A stretch of DNA of 64,000 nt from an uncultured cyanobacterium (GTDB taxonomy: Bacteria; Cyanobacteriota; Cyanobacteriia; PCC-9006; JAAUQQ01): assembly GCA_963718615.1 (NCBI GenBank), contig OY970368.1, forward strand, positions 2,560,001 to 2,624,000, read 5' to 3'. Both the position numbers and the translations under genes were made by a program. Positions 57,064-64,000 of this stretch are shown here, piece by piece. The notes under the pieces were generated by a model. That model was not told where the DNA came from and ran no database searches. It saw nothing but the letters and a program-made list of their open reading frames with translations. Each line of letters opens with the position of its first letter. The first letter of the stretch is position 1.

Positions 57064-58031
57064 ACCCAGTTCGCGAGTTTGAGTAACGTTACTTCCCAGA
57101 CTAAGAGGGGCTGCACATGGCGCAGTAGCTGTTGCTGGGCCGTTTCGAGTAGTTGTAATTGCCTATAGCTGTCGGGCTCTCGGGGCTGCCAGCGCTGATA
57201 CTGAAGATAGTTGAGTAGCCAAATTTGAATCTCTAGACTCTGGTTTTTGGCGATTTCGGCGGCGAGTTCAAGGAGGGCTTTGGGCGATCGCGGCAAGCTT
57301 TCCAACCGGCTCAGTAAGTCGGGTGGAATTTCATTGAGGGTTTGGAAGAGCGCGATCGCCCGTCCTGGACTCCCTTGGGCCAAGGTCACTAGGGCCGGAT
57401 GCTGCAAGATTTCGGCCTGACCCGCCGCTTGGAGAACTTGGGCAAAATCTTCCGGCTGCAGGGGCGCAAGCGGAATACGTTGACAGCGAGAAACCAGGGT
57501 GGACAAAATCCCATCGGGACTAGGCGCGATCAAAATGAGGGTTGCTTTTCCGGGTTCTTCCAGGGTCTTAAGCAAGGCATTGGCTGCGGCTTCTGCCATC
57601 CGTTCTGCCTGTTCAATCACGATCAGACTGCGTTTGGCTTCCAGGGGAGGGCGGCTGACAAAGCGGGCGATCGCGCGAATTTGTTCCAACCGAATTTGGG
57701 GCGGCGTCTTGCGCTTGAGACCAGCAGCTTCAGCCTCCGCAGCGGTCAATAGCTGATTTTGCTGGAGATAGGTGGGTTCGATCCAAAGGAGGTCCGGGTG
57801 ATTGCCTTGGGCTAGCCGCGCCTGTAAACGCTGCTGAGCTGGAGCATCGAGCTCGCCTTCCATGGCGAAGAGATATTCCACAAAACAGCGGGCCGTTAGG
57901 CGACGACCAATTCCCGGTGCGCCGGTTAACAAATAGGCCGGAGCAATGCGCTGTTGCTGAACCGCTTGGGTCAGCAGGGTAACGGCCTTCGATTGGCCCC
58001 GCAGAGGAGCAAAGGCAGGGGGAACAGCCAT
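57060..58031 (-). CDS. holB: DNA polymerase III delta' subunit
   Basis: [36 protein letters not shown]; downstream of tmk. Confidence 0.93.
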   Translation of the reverse strand: MAVPPAFAPLRGQSKAVTLLTQAVQQQRIAPAYLLTGAPGIGRRLTARCFVEYLFAMEGELDAPAQQRLQARLAQGNHPDLLWIEPTYLQQNQLLTAAEAEAAGLKRKTPPQIRLEQIRAIARFVSRPPLEAKRSLIVIEQAERMAEAAANALLKTLEEPGKATLILIAPSPDGILSTLVSRCQRIPLAPLQPEDFAQVLQAAGQAEILQHPALVTLAQGSPGRAIALFQTLNEIPPDLLSRLESLPRSPKALLELAAEIAKNQSLEIQIWLLNYLQYQRWQPREPDSYRQLQLLETAQQQLLRHVQPLLVWEVTLLKLANWV

Positions 58032-58062
58032 AGGTTGGGATTGTAGGGCTGGGATGATTAGG

Positions 58063-58761
58063 TTAGAGATTGTGGGGTAGGGATGATGTCGTGGGGCGAG
58101 TTGAAGCAACGAGGTCGGGGAGACGCTCCCTGGCGATCGCCTGAATCCGTGCCGCAACCTCCCACTCACTCCCCCTGGCATCAACCCGCATGATCCGCTC
58201 GGGATACTGTTGGGCCAACCACTCAAACCCCTCTCGAACCCGCCGGTGAAAGGCCCCATCGGTTTGCTCCATGCGATCGGCTTGGCCGCGCTGGGCCAAC
58301 CGCGCCAAACTTAGCTCCACCGGCAAATCCAGCCACAGGGTGAGATCACTTCGCAGCCCGACGGTGGCAATTTGATTGATCTGCTGAATCAGCCCCAGAT
58401 CTAACCCCCGCCCAAACCCTTGGTAGGCGACGGTGGAATCTTGGTGGCGATCGCACAAAATCCAGCACCCCTCAGCGAGCCTAGGCTTGAGCCAATGTTG
58501 CACATGCTGAGCCCGATCTGCCCCATAGAGCAGTAACTCGGCAATATTTTCCAAGGGCTCCGTCACCGCATCGGGATTGAGCAAAATTTGGCGAAGGGTC
58601 TGTCCCAAGGCGGTTGCCCCTGGCTCCTTGGTACAGAGAATTTTCGGAGCAAACTGAGTCGGGGGCTGATTTTGCGCCTGGAGCCAAGTGGAGAAATGCC
58701 GCAACTGTGTGGTTTTGCCACAGCCGTCCGCCCCTTCAAAAACGATAAATTTCCCCACCAT
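58063..58761 (-). CDS. tmk: Thymidylate kinase
   Basis: FIVFEGADGCGKTTQ, KEPG, ADRAQH, CDR..DSTVAYQG. Confidence 0.96.
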   Translation of the reverse strand: MVGKFIVFEGADGCGKTTQLRHFSTWLQAQNQPPTQFAPKILCTKEPGATALGQTLRQILLNPDAVTEPLENIAELLLYGADRAQHVQHWLKPRLAEGCWILCDRHQDSTVAYQGFGRGLDLGLIQQINQIATVGLRSDLTLWLDLPVELSLARLAQRGQADRMEQTDGAFHRRVREGFEWLAQQYPERIMRVDARGSEWEVAARIQAIARERLPDLVASTRPTTSSLPHNL

Positions 58762-58832
58762 GCTCTTTTTTCCGGATTTAGTATTGCTATTCTATGTAGT
58801 AACGAACTGTAGAAGAGCAGTAGGAACATTGC

Positions 58833-59168
58833 ATGGCTCGCTACCCACTTCTCGCAACGGCTACTCCCAATGATGATCTCCATCAGTCTTTGCTGCGGAT
58901 TCTTGAATCCTGCAAGCTAGACATCATTCACGATACCGGAGACTACGTCATGGCTCGGGAGACGCCAAACGGTACGCCATATCCAAAGCTCGTCACCGTT
59001 GAAGGCTTAATTGACAAAACCGGCGCAACTAAGGAGCAAATTCGCATCGAGGTCGTTGTCAAAAACGAAGAACTGCCGATTCATAGCGACAATCACTGTA
59101 GTCGGATGCGCGACACTGTCATTGGGGCCTTAGAGGAAAGTGGTCTTTGGACCATTGTGGTTGCCTAA
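58833..59168 (+). CDS. Conserved hypothetical protein
   Basis: MARY..., DYVMARE, KLVTVE.LID, KNEELP...NHC. Confidence 0.75.
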   Translation: MARYPLLATATPNDDLHQSLLRILESCKLDIIHDTGDYVMARETPNGTPYPKLVTVEGLIDKTGATKEQIRIEVVVKNEELPIHSDNHCSRMRDTVIGALEESGLWTIVVA

Positions 59169-59210
59169 CGCAAAATCGAAAGCTGGACCTCAGTAGCCCT
59201 AAGCCCCCAC

Positions 59211-59636
59211 CTATTGGGGGCCTGATTCGTCCACCATGTTGGGGCTAATAAGCGTGATATCAAACTCATCGGGGGGGATAGTTGCGATCGCATCCCGTTG
59301 TAGACAGTAGTAAATCGCCCGCACCCGAGGCCCAAAAACAATTTCGTCTTCGTTTTTGAGATCGTGAGCTTGGGCCTTGTCGCCATTGACAATAATGCCA
59401 TTGGCACTAGGCTTACCCTTCAGATTGCCATCAATAATGCGGTAGTGACAGCCACCCGATTCGTCCGGAAGCTGAACAATCGTGGCGTGACGCCGGGAAA
59501 CAAATTGGGAAATGAGTCGAACATCGCACTGGGGATCACGACCAATCGTATACATGGAGCGATCCAGGACGAACTCTCGACGACCTTTATCATCTTCGAT
59601 AATTAAAAGATGTCCATAGTGTGGCTCTACAGGCAT
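59211..59636 (-). CDS. FHA domain protein
   Basis: IGRD..CD....SQFVSRRHA, SANG..VNG. Confidence 0.9.
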   Translation of the reverse strand: MPVEPHYGHLLIIEDDKGRREFVLDRSMYTIGRDPQCDVRLISQFVSRRHATIVQLPDESGGCHYRIIDGNLKGKPSANGIIVNGDKAQAHDLKNEDEIVFGPRVRAIYYCLQRDAIATIPPDEFDITLISPNMVDESGPQ

Positions 59637-59749
59637 CGGAATGTCCAAGTTTAAAAGGTAAGTCACGGTTGAGATCGGCCTAGGAAGTGCTATCTAAAGG
59701 GTTAGATGCTGGGTTTATGATTCCCTGAGCCCCCCATAGTGTAGCAAGT

Positions 59750-62203
59750 TTAGGTCCGCTCAGGGTGCTGGGTACTCCACCGCAGTAATAGAGAATTGGT
59801 TACGACCAAAACAGAGCTGAGCGCCATACAGGCTCCAGCCACAGCGGGGCTGACAGCGATGCCTTGGCTCGGCAACAGTAGACCCGCCGCCAGGGGAATC
59901 GCAATGAGATTGTAGCCGAAGGCCCAACCCAAATTTTGCTTGATTTTACGCAGGGTTGCTTCGCTCAGATCAAGGGCTGCGATCACATCCGTAAGGCGAT
60001 CGCCCAGGAGCACAATCTGAGCGGTTTCGATGGCAACTTCCGTTCCCGACCCCAGGGCAATCCCAACATCTGCTTGGGCTAGGGCTGGACCATCGTTGAT
60101 GCCGTCTCCAACCATGGCAACTTGGTGTCCTGCGGCTTGTAGTTGGGCGATCGCCTTGACTTTTCCTTCCGGCTGAACGTTGGCCCAAACCTGATCGGGC
60201 GTGAGGGACAAGGCTGGGGCGAGGGCGAGAGCTGTGGTGGGGCGATCGCCGGTCAACAATCGTAGGGAGAGACCCCGAGCCCGCAGTTGGTCTAGGGCGA
60301 GGGCGGCTTCGGGGCGAAGGGTATCGCTCAAGGCAATGAATCCCAGCACTCGTCCAACAGGGCCAGAAACAGGGCCAGAAGCCGATGAAGAGGCGTCCAG
60401 TTGAGCCAGATAGACCACGGTTTTGCCCGTAGCTGCGAGGGTGTCGGCTTGAGTGTCTAGCTCAGGGGTCAGAGAAATTCCTTGGGCCAGCAGACAGGCC
60501 CGATTGCCTAAAACCAGCCTCTGTCCTTGCACTTGTCCCACGACCCCCAATCCCGCTTGGGTTTGGTTCTGGTCAACGGGCAGGAGTGACAGCCCCTCGG
60601 ATTGAGCAGCCTCTAGGATAGCCAAGGCGATGGGGTGACGGGTCCCCGCCTCTAGGCTGGCAGCCCACTGCAAGATCTGAGTCGAGGGCACCGGTGTCCA
60701 GGCTCTGATCTCGCTGACCGTGGGTTTTCCCGTTGTCAACGTTCCAGTTTTATCGAAGACCACCGTATCAATGCGATGCACCTGCTCTAGAACATCCCCT
60801 CCCCGAATAAGCAACCCGCGTTCTGCCCCCAGACTGGACCCGACCAACATGGCTGTAGGAGTCGCTAAGCCAAGAGAACAGGGACAGGCCACGACTAGGA
60901 CGGCGATCGCCAATTTCAAACTCAACAGCAGCGGTGTCGTCGCCCCTACCGCCATGCCATGCATGGCCCCATGCCCCATACCCATCATCCAGCCCGATCC
61001 TTGGGCTAAAACCTGCGGCCAAAGGTGCACACCCAGGAAATACCAAAATCCAAACGTCAATACGGCCATGGTGATCACGCCATAGGCAAAATACCCCGCC
61101 ACCTGATCCACTAATTTCTGAATCGGAGCCTTGCGGGCCTGGGCCATTTCCACCAAATCGATCATCCGGGCCAGGGTCGTCTCGGAACCGGATTGGGTGA
61201 CGGCCAGCACCAAGGGAGCCGAAAGATTCAAACTGCCCGCACTGACGGTTTCTCCCTGGGTTTTCGCCACGGGTTCAAATTCTCCCGTAAGCATTGACTC
61301 ATCCACGCTGCTTTGGCCTGCAATCACCTGGCCATCCGCCGGAATTCGTTCACCGGGCAAAACCCGCACCCGTTCACCGACTTTTAAGCGACCAGCGGCG
61401 ATCGCCACCACTGGCTGATGTAGCGGAGCCAGGGCATCCTCTCCCACAACCAAAACCTGGGCCTGTTCCGGCTGTAGGGACAGCAAACCGCGTAGCGCCT
61501 GACCCGCCCGATGTCGAGCCTGGGCCTCTAGGGTTCGGCCCAAAAGGATAAACCCCAGCAACATCACCGGTTCATCAAAAAAACACTCCCAACCCAACCC
61601 CGGCACCAGTAGCGCCACTAAGCTCGCGCCGTAGGCACTAAGGGCACCAATGCCAACCAGCGTATTCATGTTGGGCATGCCGTGGCGCAGTCCCTGCCAA
61701 CCATTCTGAAAAATGGCTCGACAGAGAATGAGCGTACCTGTGGCCAGTGCCCAGTGCAGCCAAATGGGGTCAAGGAACGGAATTTCGACCCCGAGCCAGG
61801 GTTGTAGGTGGCCCAGGCTAGAGAGCAGAATGAGGAGGGCGGCGATCGCCAAGGAACGCCATCGATCCGCCAGGGGAGAATTTTGCTGACCAGGGGAGCG
61901 ACTCGACGCTTCATCCCCTTGGGGGGTATCCCGCCGTTGAGCCGAAAAGCCCACTTCGCTAAGGCTAGCCGCCAATTGGTCGGGATTGGTTTGCGCTGGC
62001 CAATATTCCACCAGCGCCACCGTCGTCACCAGATTGACCGTCGCCCGTTCCACCCCCGATTGCTGCAACAGCCGCTTTTCCACCGCACTGACACAACCGG
62101 CACATTTCATGCCTGAGATTTCCAGCGTCAGCAGGGTCGGACGAAGGGGAGAGGCTAAGGCTATCGACACAGGCACATCAGCGAGGGAAGAATCAAAAGG
62201 CAT
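59750..62203 (-). CDS. ctaA: Cu(I)-transporting P1B-type ATPase (CtaA-like)
   Basis: GMKCAGC, CFFDEPVMLLG, ACPCSLGLATP, DKTGTLT, GDGIND, YN and MALSS. Confidence 0.85.
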   Translation of the reverse strand: MPFDSSLADVPVSIALASPLRPTLLTLEISGMKCAGCVSAVEKRLLQQSGVERATVNLVTTVALVEYWPAQTNPDQLAASLSEVGFSAQRRDTPQGDEASSRSPGQQNSPLADRWRSLAIAALLILLSSLGHLQPWLGVEIPFLDPIWLHWALATGTLILCRAIFQNGWQGLRHGMPNMNTLVGIGALSAYGASLVALLVPGLGWECFFDEPVMLLGFILLGRTLEAQARHRAGQALRGLLSLQPEQAQVLVVGEDALAPLHQPVVAIAAGRLKVGERVRVLPGERIPADGQVIAGQSSVDESMLTGEFEPVAKTQGETVSAGSLNLSAPLVLAVTQSGSETTLARMIDLVEMAQARKAPIQKLVDQVAGYFAYGVITMAVLTFGFWYFLGVHLWPQVLAQGSGWMMGMGHGAMHGMAVGATTPLLLSLKLAIAVLVVACPCSLGLATPTAMLVGSSLGAERGLLIRGGDVLEQVHRIDTVVFDKTGTLTTGKPTVSEIRAWTPVPSTQILQWAASLEAGTRHPIALAILEAAQSEGLSLLPVDQNQTQAGLGVVGQVQGQRLVLGNRACLLAQGISLTPELDTQADTLAATGKTVVYLAQLDASSSASGPVSGPVGRVLGFIALSDTLRPEAALALDQLRARGLSLRLLTGDRPTTALALAPALSLTPDQVWANVQPEGKVKAIAQLQAAGHQVAMVGDGINDGPALAQADVGIALGSGTEVAIETAQIVLLGDRLTDVIAALDLSEATLRKIKQNLGWAFGYNLIAIPLAAGLLLPSQGIAVSPAVAGACMALSSVLVVTNSLLLRWSTQHPERT

Positions 62204-62270
62204 GGGCACCGGGAGAGCAAGTCATTACTCCCAGTTTAAGATGAGAAAAGTTTTTGTTCGTGACTGAGCC

Positions 62271-62567
62271 ATGGCCGCCAACAATTCCAGTGACACGAAT
62301 CAAAGCCATCCCCTTTGGCATAAGGATCGGGCGACACTGAATCAAATTTTGCAGGGTGAGCCAACGGACTTGCATTTGGTAGAAGCCGCTCGGCTGCGGA
62401 TTCGCTACCAAGGGTTTCCGGGGGCGCAGGATATCAAGACCGATCTGGACAAGGTGCTGCAGCTCTGGGGGTTGACGGAAGAGCAGCTATTTGAAAAAAC
62501 CCGAGCCATTCATGCCATCGGTCAAGTGTATCGAGGGGTCGGGGACGACCAGGAAGACTGGAGCTAA
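62271..62567 (+). CDS. DUF3288-like conserved cyanobacterial protein
   Basis: Q.HP....DR, ARLRIRYQGFPGA.DI, W.LTEEQLF.KTR.IH, EDWS. Confidence 0.75.
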   Translation: MAANNSSDTNQSHPLWHKDRATLNQILQGEPTDLHLVEAARLRIRYQGFPGAQDIKTDLDKVLQLWGLTEEQLFEKTRAIHAIGQVYRGVGDDQEDWS

Positions 62568-63664
62568 GACGCAGCCGATAGCAAGGCCCAAAGGCCATTG
62601 ACCACTTGCTGGGTTACCCCCACAAAAAATTCGCGATTCACCTGCTCCAACGTATCCGTGGGCTGATGGTAATGGGGATTGCGCAAATTGCCCGTATCGG
62701 AAACGAGCACAGCACCCAATCCCCCTAACCAAAAGGGTGCATGATCGCTGCGCAGGACATCGGGTGTTAGTAAGCCTTTGAAGGGAACCGGCAACGTGTA
62801 GACCGGGGGCGATTGTGGGTCAGCGGCTTGTTCAAAGGCTTTCAGCAAGGCGGGATGCTCAGCATCTCCGACGATGGCAATAAAATCACCGCGATCGCTC
62901 GGAGCCTGGTCCTTCAGCAGCTCCGGATACTGCTGACAGCCCGGTGTATCACAGGTGGCTCCCAACATATCTAGAATCACGGCCCCCTGTAACCTCGCCA
63001 GCCGCTCCGGCGTCGCAAAGGCAAAACTGCCCAAAAGTCCCTGCTCCTCCCGGTCAAACAGGACTAACATCAGGCTATTCAGCCCAGCTCCCTCGGCAGC
63101 CCCCCGTTCGCCAGCCCCCCGCTCGGCAGTCCCATAGAGCCGCCCGATTTCCAGAACAGCTGCGACTCCCGTACCATTGTCATTCGTACCGGGTGACTGC
63201 GGCACCGTATCGTAGTGGGCACCCACCAGCCAAGTCTTTTGGACCGACTGAGCCGATGGAGGCCAAGTCGCCACCACATTGATGCCCCCCTCAAACGCCG
63301 CTTCATCGACTTGCCAGCCCCAATCCTCTAGGGAGCGCTTGATGAACGCCCGAGCTTGCGATCGCGCCCCTGCCCCAAACCGTTCCTGGGAGAATGGCTC
63401 CAGATCAGCCCAGAGGCGATCGCCCTCCACCCGAGGCGCTGAGGCCGGACGGGGGCTGGGAGATTCCAACCCTGCTGGCGGGGAAGATGGAGCCGGTTGA
63501 ACCGTGGGAATTGCGACGACAGCATCCCGGTGAACCCCGGCCTGAAGAGAACGCCAGCTTGTGCAGGCGATTAAGCACAAACCACAGATGAGGGCGATCG
63601 CCCCGATCTGTCCCAAGCGTTTTAACCGACTCCCTCGACGCCGATGTAATCGAGATTGGCCCAT
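62564..63664 (-). CDS. M28 family metallopeptidase (possible lipoprotein)
   Basis: VGAHYDTV..SPG.NDNGTG, FDREE.GL.GS, RSDHAPFW, YHQPTD. Confidence 0.88.
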   Translation of the reverse strand: MGQSRLHRRRGSRLKRLGQIGAIALICGLCLIACTSWRSLQAGVHRDAVVAIPTVQPAPSSPPAGLESPSPRPASAPRVEGDRLWADLEPFSQERFGAGARSQARAFIKRSLEDWGWQVDEAAFEGGINVVATWPPSAQSVQKTWLVGAHYDTVPQSPGTNDNGTGVAAVLEIGRLYGTAERGAGERGAAEGAGLNSLMLVLFDREEQGLLGSFAFATPERLARLQGAVILDMLGATCDTPGCQQYPELLKDQAPSDRGDFIAIVGDAEHPALLKAFEQAADPQSPPVYTLPVPFKGLLTPDVLRSDHAPFWLGGLGAVLVSDTGNLRNPHYHQPTDTLEQVNREFFVGVTQQVVNGLWALLSAAS

Positions 63665-63726
63665 AGGGTCGCTCCTCGGAAAGGTTAAGATAGAAAGCAG
63701 ATTCCAAACGCTAGCTAGGGCGCGGT

Positions 63727-64000
63727 ATGCCAAGAACACAGCGAAACGACAACTTCATCGATAAGTCTTTCACCGTCATGGCAGACATCATCCTCAAGGT
63801 GCTGCCGACCAGCAAAAAGGCCAAAGAAGCCTTTGCCTATTATCGTGACGGCATGTCCGCCCAAGCGGATGGGGAATATGCTGAAGCCCTTGAAAATTAC
63901 CAAGAAGCCCTGCGCCTAGAGGAAGACCCCTACGATCGTAGCTATATTCTCTATAACGTGGGTTTAGTTCACACCAGTAACGGCGACCACGAGCGTGCCA
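63727..64000 (+). CDS. ycf3: Photosystem I assembly protein Ycf3 (3' truncated by window)
   Basis: [24 protein letters not shown]...[21 protein letters not shown]. Confidence 0.96.
   Translation, partial: MPRTQRNDNFIDKSFTVMADIILKVLPTSKKAKEAFAYYRDGMSAQADGEYAEALENYQEALRLEEDPYDRSYILYNVGLVHTSNGDHERA

Noticed and set aside
1-64000. Very frequent GCGATCGC palindromes
   Set aside because: Known cyanobacterial HIP1; useful only as a taxonomic marker

Overview
Cyanobacterial chromosome segment, shown by abundant HIP1 GCGATCGC, psbD, ycf3, rpaA and SLH-porins. Core genes: accC (partial), UDG, PRTase, deoC-recO-MFS-dgdA, a monocistronic psbD copy with a +1 frameshift, tRNA-Asn, a probable 6S RNA, rpaA, holB-tmk, a Cu-ATPase and ycf3 (partial). 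Accessory blocks: (1) A five-gene DUF11/Ig-fold operon (4634-16670) with a large outer-membrane barrel. Its proteins show complementary N-terminal donor strands and C-terminal truncated acceptor domains. This suggests a self-crosslinking (isopeptide) pilus or fibre system with base, shaft, tip, cap/chaperone and usher; it is the best candidate for an undescribed system. An inverse-autotransporter-like beta-helix gene is divergent from it. (2) ComFB plus two SulP paralogues. (3) A sigma-like / DUF1822 / membrane CHAT-protease triad preceded by an 8x11-bp array. (4) Two-component and c-di-GMP genes. (5) Three tandem porins with nucleotide-homogenised SLH regions. All calls come from manual motif recognition; no database searches were run.
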